From Calditrichia bacterium (lineage in GTDB: Bacteria; Calditrichota; Calditrichia; JAJRVZ01), in NCBI GenBank assembly GCA_963777955.1, contig CAVZSQ010000017.1:1-64000 (forward strand): a stretch of 64,000 nt of DNA. The letters run 5' to 3'. The position numbers were made by a program, and so were the translations under genes. Shown here one piece after another: positions 11,239 through 22,409 of this stretch. The first letter of the stretch is position 1. Every line of letters begins with the position of its first letter. A model generated the notes under the pieces. That model had not been told where the DNA came from. It saw only the letters and a list, made by a program, of their open reading frames with translations, and made no database searches.

Positions 11239-11934
11239 ATGTCCGCTAACGAGAATTGGGCCCGGAAAATTATCCAGGCCTGGGATCCCGGTTACCGTCC
11301 GCGCTGGGAAATTTTCGACTCGCTGCTGCAGTCACTGCAGGGTGATAATAAAATCTGCCTGGAGATCGGCTCTGGTTCTAGCGGGGCTCTTGAACCAGCG
11401 CACACATTCAAATTAAAAATTCATTCCGACTTGACCTTACCCGCACAATTGCCGTTGACTGCGATACCTTTTATTCAGATGAATACTTATAATTTGCCCA
11501 TAAAAAATTCCCGCGTGGACCTGATCCTGCTGCGATTTGTGGTTGAACACCTGGCTGAACCGGAGCGTGCTTTTACCGAATTCAAACGGATTTTAAAAAC
11601 AGACGGTCAACTGCTAATTTTGACTACCAATCTTAGCAGTCCATTAATCTTCCTGCCGAAGATATTACCCTATCCCCTGCGTAAAATATTAATACAGCGG
11701 TTGTTTAAAGTGCAGGATCAGGATGTTTTCCCGACCTATCACCGCATCAACCGGAAAGGAAAAGTAAAAAAATTAGCTCCGGATTTTCAGATCATGAAAT
11801 GGGATTATTTACAGGACGCTAACTGGCTGCACCGCTGGTGGTTTATCATTTTTTTTCTGTGGCACTTGCTTACCAAATGGCTGCGTGTAGAATTCCTAAG
11901 ATCAAATTTTATAGTCTTACTAAAGAAATTCTAA
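11239..11934 (+). CDS. Class I SAM-dependent methyltransferase
   Basis: LEIGSGS, LPIKNSRVDLI, VVEHL, RILKTDG. Confidence 0.85.
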   Translation: MSANENWARKIIQAWDPGYRPRWEIFDSLLQSLQGDNKICLEIGSGSSGALEPAHTFKLKIHSDLTLPAQLPLTAIPFIQMNTYNLPIKNSRVDLILLRFVVEHLAEPERAFTEFKRILKTDGQLLILTTNLSSPLIFLPKILPYPLRKILIQRLFKVQDQDVFPTYHRINRKGKVKKLAPDFQIMKWDYLQDANWLHRWWFIIFFLWHLLTKWLRVEFLRSNFIVLLKKF

Positions 11935-11936
11935 CT

Positions 11937-11980
11937 TGTCATTCCGAGGAATCCGGCAGTTGTCGGGTGACGAGGAATCT
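11937..11980 (+). repeat. TGTCATT-tagged palindromic repeat, copy 1
   Basis: TGTCATTCCGAGGAATCCGGCAGTTGTCGGGTGACGAGGAATCT between convergent genes; related copy at 40970-41009. Confidence 0.65.
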
Positions 11981-11991
11981 TTTCTTTCCAA

Positions 11992-13654
11992 TCATTTCTG
12001 TCTGAATAATGCCTTTCCTGCTTTCACTCCGGTCTGTTTTCCGTTTCTAACTGCAACACGACCATTCACGATCACACAATTAATGCCCGTTGGAAACTGG
12101 TGAGGATCCGCATAAGTTGCTTTATCAATTACTGTATTGGGATCAAAAATTACTACATCCGCCGCCAGGCCTTGTTTTAATAATCCACGGTCATTGAAAC
12201 CCAACCGGCCAGCCGGCAACGAAGTCATCTTTCGTATGGCTTCTTCTATAGTTAAGAGTTTTTCCTCGCGCACATACTTGCCGAGTATACGCGGAAAAGT
12301 CCCGTAAGCCCGCGGATGCGGCCGTCGCTTGCCCATCAATCCCTCCGGTTGGTAGGCATCTTCATCCGTACAAAAAGTCATCCAGGGCAATTTCAGGTTT
12401 TTCTCTACATTCTCCTCCGACATGAGAAAATATATGCCGCCCCCGCCACCGCCTTCGGCAACCAGCAGGTCGAATAATACATCTATTTCGTCCTGTGATT
12501 TTAATCCGGCAATTTCGGCCAGCTTTTTACCCTGCCATTCCTCGCGCGCTCCTGATAAATAACTGATCAGGATATTCTCCCCGCCGCCAGACATGCGGTA
12601 AAAATTTTCCCAACCGGAAGTGTTGTTCGTTATTTCGGATTTGATCCTAACCCGCAAATCAGGTTTTTGCAATCTTGCTACTAACGAATCATCCCCCCCT
12701 GCTTTGACCCACGGGGGTATCATCGCTGAGAGACCGGTCGCTCCGGCGGTATATGGATACATATCCGCACCGATCTCCAAACCTCTGGACCTGGCCTGTT
12801 CAACCAGGATAATCGCGCTGTCCTGTTTGCCCCAATTTTCCTTGCCGGAAGTTTTGAAATGATAAATCTCCGCAGGAATATGCGCAGTTTCGCTGATGGT
12901 GATCAGTTCACGGATGGCTGACAGCAGATTTGTGCTTTCATTGCGGATATGCGATATGTACATACCATCATACTCGGCTGCCACCCGGGCCAGCCGGATC
13001 AACTCAGCCGTATCAGCATAGAAGGCCGGAGTATAAACCAGGCTTGAGCCCAGACCCAGTGCCCCTGCAGCCATCTCTGTTCGCAATAGATCTTCCATTA
13101 ACTTCATCTCTGCAGCCGTGGCTCTGCGATCATCAAACCCCAGGGCATAAACCCGTAAAGTTGTCGCTCCCTACAAAAGAAGCGATATTTACTGCCGTAC
13201 CTTTTTTTTCTACTATCCGCAGATAGTCAGCCAGGGTTTTCCAGTTATAGTTGATGCTGTATTCCGGCCAGAAACCTGCCATCTCCCTGGCCACCGCGGG
13301 ATTAAGCGGTCCCATTGACCAACCTTCGCCAAAAATGGCTGTGGTAATTCCCTGACGAATCACACTGGGTACTTCTCCATTATATATAATTGGGCCGCAG
13401 GCCCAGGAGAGCATATCGATAAAACCGGGACAAACGATCTGCCCGCGGGCATCAATTACCTCCCGGGCAGTACCGGTTAGATTCTTACCGATATTTAATA
13501 TCCTTCCATCTTTAATAGCCAGATCGCCGCTGATTCCCGGACTACCGCTGCCATCTATAATCAAACCATTCCTGATTAACAGATCATACTCTTTCTGGCA
13601 AGACCAGCAAAGAAAAATTAGGACAATCAAAGATATACTTTTCAAAAACATCAC
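11992..13654 (-). CDS. N-acyl-D-amino-acid deacylase family amidohydrolase, Sec lipoprotein (frameshift at about 13165)
   Basis: Lipobox CWSC, IRNGLIIDGSG, PGFIDM, SHIRNE, PHPRAYGTFPR, KMTSLPA. Confidence 0.88.
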
Positions 13655-13662
13655 CTTAAAGT

Positions 13663-15333
13663 TTATCCCGCAAAACGTAGAATCGCACCGGCAAATACTC
13701 CTGCGTATTTTCCTTTATATACTGCGAGTTTCCCATTTACGATTACATGTTCTATCCCCAGCGGAAATTGATGGGGTGCTATAAAGGTGGCCCGGTCTAT
13801 GACAGTTTGCGGATTAAACACGGTGATATCGGCAAAATATCCTTTTTGCAACAGGCCACGTTGCCGCAATCCCATTTTTTGCGCCGGCATGGAGGTCATC
13901 TTCTGCACTGCCGTGGGCAAATCAAAAATATTCTCTTCCCGGCAGTACTTGCCCAGTACACGGGGAAAGGTACCATAATATCTCGGATGCGGTTTGCCGG
14001 CCCCCAGTTTACCCTCAGGAGCCACAGCATCACCGTCGGAACCGATCATTACCAGCGGGGACCGCAGGACTTTCACCAAACCCTCTTCATCCATGGCGAA
14101 TCCGACTATACCTGCCTTCAATTCATCTCTGATCAGCAGGGTTCTGATAAATTCAAACTCCGCTATGCCCCTGGTCGCTGCACACTCGGCAATGGATTTG
14201 CCTTCCCATATTTTATTTTCATCTTTGTAGCAGGAACTGATCACCACCCGGTCCCAGCCTCCTATCCGTTCTCCCCGTCCCTGGGCATACGCTTCAATCT
14301 GCGGTAACTGGCCGGGATCCTGCAATCTCGCCAGGATCTCCTGGTTTTTCCCCTGCCTGGACCATAATGGCAGAAATGCCGACAGACCTGTACCATAAGC
14401 AATGTAAGGGTAACGATCGGCCTGCACCGGTAAACCTTCCTGTGCAGCCTGCTGGATCATTTCCAGCATATGATCGACCTTAGACCAGTTATTCTTATTA
14501 CACGCTTTCAAATGAGAAATCTGTAAAGACACCCCTGCTTGCCGTCCGATTTGTAATGCTTCGGCAATTGCTTCTTCCACTTTATTATCTTCATTACGCA
14601 TGTGGGTGGCATATAAACCCTTATGCTGACCGACAATCTTACACAATTCAATCAATTCGTCAGTAGCAGCATAACTGCCCGGAGGATACTCCAATCCTGT
14701 GGATAGTCCAAAACTGCCCTGGTCCATCGTTGCCGCCAGGACTTTTTTCATTTGCTGCAACTGGTCGGACGTTGGTGCCACATCGTTTTTCCCTACAATG
14801 AAAGCACGCAGATCTCCATGCCCGGTCAGAGTCGCAAAATTGATCGATATTTTCTGTTTTTCCAATCGGCCTAAAAATGAAGAAATATCCCGCCAGTCGG
14901 TATGAATTCCATATTCTTCAAAGAAGTCCCGGTCGACCGCTTGCCAATCCTCGTCATTCAATGGAAAAGGGGAAGAACCACAATTACCGCCGATTTCCGT
15001 GGTAACCCCCTGCATAATCTTGCTCAAAGCCCGCGGATCGACCAGCAATAGTGAATCAGTATGCGTATGAATATCGATAAAACCGGGAGCAACCACCAGA
15101 CCTTCGGCATCGATAATCATATCCGCACTGCTCGAGCGCAGATCTTCGACGATGGCTGCAATCCTATCCCCCTTTATACCTAAATCCGTTTTAATACCTG
15201 CCCGGCCGCTCCCATCAAGCAGCATACCATTCCGGATTATAAGATCAAACCGATTCCGCAGCGAGCAGCCCAGTAACAAACCAGTGACTGTCACAGCCGA
15301 TGTTTTGGTAAATTGTCGTCTGCTGATTTTCAT
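13663..15333 (-). CDS. N-acyl-D-amino-acid deacylase (D-aminoacylase), Tat lipoprotein
   Basis: SRRQF twin-arginine motif plus LLGC lipobox, PGFIDIHTH, GNCG, THMRNE, SHLK, GSD, PHPRYYGTFPR. Confidence 0.92.
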   Translation of the reverse strand: MKISRRQFTKTSAVTVTGLLLGCSLRNRFDLIIRNGMLLDGSGRAGIKTDLGIKGDRIAAIVEDLRSSSADMIIDAEGLVVAPGFIDIHTHTDSLLLVDPRALSKIMQGVTTEIGGNCGSSPFPLNDEDWQAVDRDFFEEYGIHTDWRDISSFLGRLEKQKISINFATLTGHGDLRAFIVGKNDVAPTSDQLQQMKKVLAATMDQGSFGLSTGLEYPPGSYAATDELIELCKIVGQHKGLYATHMRNEDNKVEEAIAEALQIGRQAGVSLQISHLKACNKNNWSKVDHMLEMIQQAAQEGLPVQADRYPYIAYGTGLSAFLPLWSRQGKNQEILARLQDPGQLPQIEAYAQGRGERIGGWDRVVISSCYKDENKIWEGKSIAECAATRGIAEFEFIRTLLIRDELKAGIVGFAMDEEGLVKVLRSPLVMIGSDGDAVAPEGKLGAGKPHPRYYGTFPRVLGKYCREENIFDLPTAVQKMTSMPAQKMGLRQRGLLQKGYFADITVFNPQTVIDRATFIAPHQFPLGIEHVIVNGKLAVYKGKYAGVFAGAILRFAG

Positions 15334-15388
15334 AGATTTTCTCCTGTCTGGTACATAATACTTTATACAACTCCTCAGGAGTACTTAA

Positions 15389-16399
15389 TTATTCTTTATA
15401 GATCATTACTACCGGTGTACTATTGTCCCTGACATAGCCGCGATACATACCGGCAGTATTGAAATTTATGGCAATATGCCCTTTACTATCCAGGGCAATC
15501 ACTCCGCCCGTACCCCCGGCACTGCCAAGTTTTAAAATTGCTTCTTGCACTGCTGCATCCAATGATAAACCGCGGTACTCAATCATGGCCGCAATATCAT
15601 AAGCTACTACACCACGCATAAAATATTCTCCCTGACCCGTGGCTGATACGGCACAGGTCTGGTTATTGGCGTATGTTCCTGCACCGATCAGGGGAGTATC
15701 TCCGATCCGGCCGCTTTTTTTGTAGGTCAACCCACCGGTCGATGTTCCGGCAGCAAGGTTTCCTGATTTATCCAGGGCCAGGGCTCCGACCGTTCCGAAT
15801 TTTTTTCCGGCCGTTGAATCATCCGGTATCGTGTCTTTTTCTTTAGCCTTTAAAAATTGCTGCCAGCGGTGTTCAGTAAAAAAATATTCTTCCGGCATCA
15901 AGGGCATGCCTTGCTGCCGGGCAAACTCCTCTGCCCCCTGGCCGCATAAAAGGACATGGGGAGTCTTTTCCATAACCAGCCGGGCCAGGTTGATCGGATT
16001 TTTAATGTGCTGCACAGCTGCGACCGCACCGGCCCGCAGGGTTTTCCCGTCCATGATGGCTGCATCCATTTCATTTTTACCATTAGCGGCAAAAACAGCT
16101 CCTTTACCCGCATTAAACAAGGGCGAATCTTCCATAATATTAATGGCTGCCTGCACTGCATCCAGACTGGGACGGCCCTCCAGCAGTAAGGCATAACCTG
16201 TCCGCAAGGCCTCCTGCAATTTTTCAGTATATGCCTGCTCTTTCTCTGTACTCATTTCGCTCCGTATAATTACCCCGGCACCGCCGTGAATCACCAGTAC
16301 AGGATTTTCGACCGGTCGAAGATTTGCGGGTTGTTCCTGCCGGGAACAGGAACAGATAAAGAGTAAAATTATTAATATTATATTTCTAAACACCGCCAT
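15389..16399 (-). CDS. iaaA: Isoaspartyl peptidase/L-asparaginase (Ntn hydrolase), lipoprotein
   Basis: IHGGAG, FNAGKG, EMDAAIMDG, autocleavage G-TVGA, TSTGG, GRIGDTP, SATGQGE; N-terminal lipobox. Confidence 0.92.
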   Translation of the reverse strand: MAVFRNIILIILLFICSCSRQEQPANLRPVENPVLVIHGGAGVIIRSEMSTEKEQAYTEKLQEALRTGYALLLEGRPSLDAVQAAINIMEDSPLFNAGKGAVFAANGKNEMDAAIMDGKTLRAGAVAAVQHIKNPINLARLVMEKTPHVLLCGQGAEEFARQQGMPLMPEEYFFTEHRWQQFLKAKEKDTIPDDSTAGKKFGTVGALALDKSGNLAAGTSTGGLTYKKSGRIGDTPLIGAGTYANNQTCAVSATGQGEYFMRGVVAYDIAAMIEYRGLSLDAAVQEAILKLGSAGGTGGVIALDSKGHIAINFNTAGMYRGYVRDNSTPVVMIYKE

Positions 16400-16426
16400 A
16401 ACGTATCCCCTTTTCGGATTTAAGCA

Positions 16427-16488
16427 ACCCACCCCTTACCCCTCCCTTTCTGCCAAAAGGGCAGAAAGGGAGGGGCCTGGGGAGGGTC
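16427..16488. repeat. REP-like palindrome family A, copy 3
   Basis: CCCCTCCCTTTCTGCC-AAAAG-GGCAGAAAGGGAGGGG. Confidence 0.85.
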
Positions 16489-16504
16489 ATATTTTTCGGT
16501 TCAA

Positions 16505-18472
16505 CTAATTTTTATCCTTAAGAGCATGCAGCAGAGTTTCCAGTTCCAGAGTCAGTCTTTCCCATTGCCGGTATATCTCCGGCAAACCGGCGATTAAGTC
16601 CTGATAATAGCGAATTTTTTCCGCAGCCCCGTAGGCCTGCTGCTTATAGAACTGTTGATCAGCCATCAGTTTTTCGATTTCCTGCTTATCCTTTTCCATA
16701 CCTGCAATTTTTTGTTCCAGTTTCTTGATCTGATTTTTCAGATCATTTCTGCGGAAACTTATTTTTTGCCTGGCCTCTGCTTCCAGTCGTTTTTGTTCTT
16801 TCCTGCTGACAGGTATTTCCGCAGTGATTGCCGGCTTTAGATCTGTATCAGTTTCAAGCAACAGATCAGTACTTTCCTTTTTTTCCAGATAATAGGAATA
16901 ATTACCGGCATAATGCTGCAAAATACCATTCTTAAGTTCAATCACCTGGTTAACCAGTTTATCCAGAAAATAACGGTCGTGTGAAATAATCACCAGGGTA
17001 CCATCATAACCGGCCAGCGCTTTTTCCAGCGCTTCCTTGGAGACAAGATCCAGGTGATTGGTCGGCTCGTCCATGATAAGCAGATTAACCGGGGACAATA
17101 GTATTTTTGCCAGACAAACCCGCGATTTTTCTCCGCCGCTCAATACAGCAATTTTTTTCCCGGCCTCGTCCCCGCCCAGTCCAAATATTCCCAGGATATT
17201 GCGTACATCGGTACGGTACATATCAGCTGCCGTAGCCGTTACTTCCTGCAGTACTGTTTTCTGCAGATCCAGAGATTCTACCTGCTGCTGGGCATAATAA
17301 CCGACTGCGACATTTTGTCCCCAGCGCACTGTGCCCTGTTGCGGTGTTAATTGTCCGACCATTATTCTGGCCAGCGTGGTTTTCCCCGTACCATTTGCGC
17401 CGATCAATGCAATCCGTTGTCCGCGGTATAAATTGAAGTTAAGATCCCTGAAGATCAGATTTTGATCGTATCCGAATGAAATATTCTGCAGGTTACAGAC
17501 TTCGTGATGACTCTGCACCGGACACTGAATACGGAAATTAATCCGGTAGCCCTGCCGGGGGATCTCCACCGTTTCCATTTTCTCCAGCCGTTTGATCCTG
17601 CTCTGTACCTGGCGCGCTTTGGTGGCTTTATAGCGGAAGCGTTCCACAAAACGGCTGATGTTTTCCCGTTCCTCCCGCAGTGATTCCGCCCTGGCCAGCA
17701 ATTGTTCCTGTTTTAATTCTTTTTGCTGTTCATAAAAATGATACCGCCCGGGATAATGCGTCAGGGTCTGATGTTCCAATTCAGCAATCTCTTCGGCCAG
17801 GCGTTCGACAAAGAAACGATCGTGCGAGATGATTATCACACTGCCCCTGTATTTCAGCAGAAACCGTTCCAGCCATTCCAGTGCGGCAATATCCAGGTGA
17901 TTGGTCGGTTCGTCCAACAGCAACAGGTCCGGTTGCTGCAATAACAGGCGGGTCAGATATACCCGCATCCGCCAGCCGCCGCTCAAATCAGCGACGGGAC
18001 GATTAAAATCCGTTCCGCTGAACCCCAATCCCTGCAGAATTTTTTTTGTCTGCGGTTCGCGTTCGTAACCCCCCAGCAGTCCGAACTGGTGATCCAGATT
18101 TCCCAGTCTGTGCACCAGGCGTTCCTGTGTTTCCCGGTCTGCGTCTTTATGCTTCAGTTGTTCCTGAATTTTTTGAATTTCTGCTTCCAGGCGGGAAAGT
18201 TCCGGTTGGCCCTGCAGTGCTGCGCTCAATACAGTCCCCTGTTCGCCGGCCAGTTCTTCCTGCGGCAGATAACCGATGGTGTAGTTTTTCGGTTTGACCA
18301 TTTCTCCCCGGTCAGCAGTAATCATACCGGTCATAATCCTGAACAGGGTGGTCTTACCGGCACCATTGGCACCGATCAGGGCATACCGTTTAAGCGGCTC
18401 GATCGCCCAGTTGATTTGATCAAATAATAACCGGTCAGCTATAGAATAAGCGATATTTTGTAATTGAAACAT
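16505..18472 (-). CDS. ABC-F family ATP-binding protein
   Basis: Two NBDs (GANGAGKT, LSGGW, DEPTNHLD; GANGTGKT, LSGGEK), ATKARQVQSR linker, C-terminal coiled coil, no TM segments. Confidence 0.93.
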   Translation of the reverse strand: MFQLQNIAYSIADRLLFDQINWAIEPLKRYALIGANGAGKTTLFRIMTGMITADRGEMVKPKNYTIGYLPQEELAGEQGTVLSAALQGQPELSRLEAEIQKIQEQLKHKDADRETQERLVHRLGNLDHQFGLLGGYEREPQTKKILQGLGFSGTDFNRPVADLSGGWRMRVYLTRLLLQQPDLLLLDEPTNHLDIAALEWLERFLLKYRGSVIIISHDRFFVERLAEEIAELEHQTLTHYPGRYHFYEQQKELKQEQLLARAESLREERENISRFVERFRYKATKARQVQSRIKRLEKMETVEIPRQGYRINFRIQCPVQSHHEVCNLQNISFGYDQNLIFRDLNFNLYRGQRIALIGANGTGKTTLARIMVGQLTPQQGTVRWGQNVAVGYYAQQQVESLDLQKTVLQEVTATAADMYRTDVRNILGIFGLGGDEAGKKIAVLSGGEKSRVCLAKILLSPVNLLIMDEPTNHLDLVSKEALEKALAGYDGTLVIISHDRYFLDKLVNQVIELKNGILQHYAGNYSYYLEKKESTDLLLETDTDLKPAITAEIPVSRKEQKRLEAEARQKISFRRNDLKNQIKKLEQKIAGMEKDKQEIEKLMADQQFYKQQAYGAAEKIRYYQDLIAGLPEIYRQWERLTLELETLLHALKDKN

Positions 18473-18512
18473 CGGCCAATCTGGAAAATTATGTCCTCGA
18501 CATTAGCCAAAA

Positions 18513-20411
18513 CTAATTTTTAATCTGCTGCAATATCTTTTCCATCTCATCCATTATCTTATTCATTTTATTAATGGCGATGTTAAAAGGTTCATCCGAG
18601 GTCATATCAATCCCGACTTTCTTCAGCGTGGGAATGGCATAATCTGAACCACCGCCGGACAGAAAAGCTAAATATTTTTTCACCATTTCATCTTTCCCGC
18701 TGAGCAGTTTCTCGGACAAAGCCTGAGCCGCCATAAATGAAGTACTGTACTGAAAAACATAAAAATTATAATAAAAGTGCGGAATGTATGCCCATTCGAT
18801 GGCGTATAAACTGTCAATGGCCATAATCCCCTGGTCGTGACCATAATAACGCTTCAGAATATCCAGATAGATTTCGTTAAATTTATCTCCGGTCAGCGCT
18901 TCCCCTTTTTCACCTGCTTCATGGATTTTCAGTTCAAATTCGGCGAATTGAGTCTGGCGGAACAAGGTGGTACGGTAATTCTCCAGGAAATTGCCCAGGA
19001 TGGAAAGTCTCTGTTGCGGATCCTTGATATTTTTTAGAACATAATCAATCAGCAATGCTTCATTAACCGTTGAAGCTACTTCAGCCAGGAAGATCGGATA
19101 ATCGGAGGTAATATACGGTTGACTCTTATTGGTAAAATAACTGTGCATGGTATGACCCAATTCATGGGCCAGGGTACTCATATCGTCATATTTATTATTA
19201 TAATTCAAAAGGATATAAGGATGAATATCATATATATCTCCGGATGAATAGGCTCCGGAACGTTTGCCGGTACTGGGATAGACATCGATCCAGCGTTCCT
19301 GGAAAGCTTTATCCAGGGTCGCTCCATACTCTTTACCGAGTACATGCAGAGCTTTTTTCACTATAGCGGTCGCTTCATCGTAGTTATATTCCAGATTTAC
19401 CTGTTTGACCAGAGAAGGATACATATCATAGTAGTGTAAAATGTCGATCCCCAGCATGCGCTGGCGAAGTTTCAGATAGCGATGCAGTGTGGCCAGATTC
19501 CGGTTGGTGTTTTCGATTAATTTATAATAAACCGAGGTTGGTATATTATTACGGTCCAGCGAACTTTCCAGAGAGGAGTTATATTTGCGCACATTTTTAT
19601 AAAATATATTTTTTTGAACTTCGCCATTAAGTTCGGTCCCGAAGGTAAGGCGAAAACTATTAAGCGCTGAGAAAAAGGTATTAAATACCTTTATACGATC
19701 CTCGCGCACCGGACTGAAGCGGCTGGCTCCATATCCGGCGGCATCCAGGGTCACTTCCCGGCCATCGGATAAAACAACACTTGGCCTGGGCATGTCGGCA
19801 TTGCTAAAGACCGAGTAAATATTCTGTGCAGTCCCGGCCATGTTACCGGCTTCGGCGATAATTGTTTCCTCATTCTCATTTAACGTATGCGCTTTGCGTC
19901 TTTGAATGTTGTCAATGAATTGACGGTATTCGGCCAGTTTAGTTTCTTCCTTAAAAAATTTATCGATTGTTTCTGTCGAAAGTTTGAGCAATTCCGGTTC
20001 GACAAAAGCGGTATTCTTATCGAAATCCGTCAACAGTTGCGTCATTTCCTGTTCCATACCCAGTGGGCCGGCTAAACGTTTGTCTTCATCCGATAGCATG
20101 CTGGCATATGATGTCAAGCGTCCGAGCTCTTTGGCTGTCGCGGAAAAATATTCCAGTGCTGCCAATAATGTTTTTGCGGATTCCCCGAGTTTTCCGTTAT
20201 AAGTACTGAACATTTTCAGCTTTTCTGCTGTTTCCAGCTTGCTTTTCCGCCAGCTGTCCAGGGAAGGATAAATGTCACTTAAATTCCATTTATACTTCTC
20301 CTGAATCTGATCGCGGGTTTTTTGTTGCGATTGTGCCGGGAGTGATGACACCAGAATAACTGTACTCAATAAAAAAATAAGCATTAGACTGAAAATCGCA
20401 GATCTTTTCAT
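18513..20411 (-). CDS. pepF: Oligoendopeptidase F (M3B) with signal peptide
   Basis: KWNLSDIY, GKRSGAY, HELGH, FLAEVAST, PHFYYNFYVFQY; hydrophobic N-terminus ending LPA-Q. Confidence 0.93.
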   Translation of the reverse strand: MKRSAIFSLMLIFLLSTVILVSSLPAQSQQKTRDQIQEKYKWNLSDIYPSLDSWRKSKLETAEKLKMFSTYNGKLGESAKTLLAALEYFSATAKELGRLTSYASMLSDEDKRLAGPLGMEQEMTQLLTDFDKNTAFVEPELLKLSTETIDKFFKEETKLAEYRQFIDNIQRRKAHTLNENEETIIAEAGNMAGTAQNIYSVFSNADMPRPSVVLSDGREVTLDAAGYGASRFSPVREDRIKVFNTFFSALNSFRLTFGTELNGEVQKNIFYKNVRKYNSSLESSLDRNNIPTSVYYKLIENTNRNLATLHRYLKLRQRMLGIDILHYYDMYPSLVKQVNLEYNYDEATAIVKKALHVLGKEYGATLDKAFQERWIDVYPSTGKRSGAYSSGDIYDIHPYILLNYNNKYDDMSTLAHELGHTMHSYFTNKSQPYITSDYPIFLAEVASTVNEALLIDYVLKNIKDPQQRLSILGNFLENYRTTLFRQTQFAEFELKIHEAGEKGEALTGDKFNEIYLDILKRYYGHDQGIMAIDSLYAIEWAYIPHFYYNFYVFQYSTSFMAAQALSEKLLSGKDEMVKKYLAFLSGGGSDYAIPTLKKVGIDMTSDEPFNIAINKMNKIMDEMEKILQQIKN

Positions 20412-20478
20412 GGTTTTATTCTCCTGATTTTTATTAGTATGTTAATTATAGAATTTTTTTCATCTTTATAGTGAAATG

Positions 20479-22306
20479 TCATGAAGACAGAATTTCTATC
20501 TGCTCCATTATCTCCTGCATTCGTTGCATGGCCAGATTAAAAGGTTCATCAGACAACATATCGATCCCAAGTTTTTGCAGAGCCGGAATGGCATAATCCG
20601 CACTGCCATTAGCCAGGAACTGCAGATATTTGCCAATTATTTCCTGATCACCATTTAATATTCTGCTGGCCACCGCCTGTGCCGCCGTAAAAGAAGTACT
20701 GTACTGAAAAACATAAAAGTTATAATAAAAATGAGGAATATATGCCCATTCAATGCCATATAAATCATCAATGATGCATATCTTTTCATCATGACCGTAA
20801 TACTTCTTTAATATATCCAGATAAAGCTGGCTGAATTTTTCTCCGGTTAGTGAACTGCCTGTTTCAACCAACTCATGGATACGCAATTCAAATTCAGCAA
20901 ATTGGGTCTGGCGGAACAGTGTTCCGCGGAACTCTTCTAGATACTGTCCCAGTAAAGATATCTTCTGTTCCCGCTCGACCGTTTGCTTCAACACATAGTC
21001 CATCAATAATGCTTCATTGACCGTCGAAGCCACCTCAGCCAGAAAAATCGGATAGCGCGAATTGACAAATGACTGGTTTTTATTTGAAAAATAACTGTGC
21101 AGGGCATGACCCAGTTCGTGTGCCAGAGTGCTGACGTCATGAAATTTTCCTTTATAATTCATCAGAATATATGGATGCACGTCGTAGGCAATTCCTTCCA
21201 TATATGCTCCGGATCGTTTTCCCGGATTAGGGTAAACATCAATCCAGCGTTGGCCGAAGGCTTGCTGCAGCACTTCCCGGTATTTTACCCCCAGTTTGAC
21301 CAAGGACTGTACAATTAAATTCTGGCTATCCGCGTAAGGATACTCCTGTTCAATATCCTGAACCAGGGCAGGATAAATATCATAATAATGCAATTCGCTA
21401 ACAGCCAATCGTTTTTGACGCAAACGCAGATAGCGCTGCAGCACCTGCAGGTGAACGTTAGTGTTCCGGATCAGGTTGTGATATACCTGGACCGGAATAT
21501 TATTATTATCCAGGGCTTTTTCCAGACAGCTGGAATAATTCCTGGCATTTTTATAGAAAAGATTCTTTTTGATCTCGCCGTACAACTGGGTGCCGAAAGT
21601 CCGCTCAAATTCTTTCAGGGCCCCGAAAAAAGCCTGGAATACTTTTATCCGGTCCTGGCGGTTATCACTGGTCCGGTACAGGGTATAGCGGACCGGATCC
21701 ACGGTAATCTCCCGCCCATCATCCAGTTGAATATTTTTATAAGGCAATTCGGCATTACTGAAGATGTTATAAACTTCCTGAGCTGTATCCGACATCAAGC
21801 CGGCCCCGGCAATTAACTTTTCCCCGCTTTCATTCAGGGTATGAATTTTTCTCCTGAAGAGATCATGCAGGTACTGCCGGTAGATCTGTAGATTTTTATT
21901 TTCATCTAAAAAAGACAATACGACATCTTCCGGCAGCAGCAATATCTCCGGTTCCAGAAAAGCCGCTGCCTGGTTCAATTTTACTTCCAGTTGTCCCATT
22001 TCCTGTTTCAGGGCCAGCGCTGCGGCCTGCCGGGTATCCTGATCCGACAGCATTCCGGCATAGGCGTACAGCCGCATAAACTCTTTATCCAGATTAAAAT
22101 AGAAATCCAGTGCCTGGAAAAGATTCACTGCAGATTGGTTTAGCGTGCCTTTAAAATTACTCAGGAGGGATAATTGTTGTTCCAGAATGATTCTTTTTCT
22201 CCTGCCATTCCTGTTCGGACTTGAACAGGTCCTGCAGATTCCATTTATCCTGATCAGAAATTTGATCCCGATTGATGATTTCAATCTGTCTATCGTTGAC
22301 CGTCAT
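20479..22306 (-). CDS. pepF: Oligoendopeptidase F (M3B), cytoplasmic paralogue (frameshift at about 22195)
   Basis: The true N-terminus MTVNDRQIEIINRDQISDQDKWNLQDLF lies in another frame; HELGH, GKRSGAY, PHFYYNFY. Confidence 0.92.
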
Positions 22307-22409
22307 ATCATACCTTAAATATACAGTCAAATCTAAACATTATTCATCTCTTAAAAAAGTTCCGTTTTCTTGAATAATCAATCCTGCTTATCTATATTCT
22401 CGAATATTC

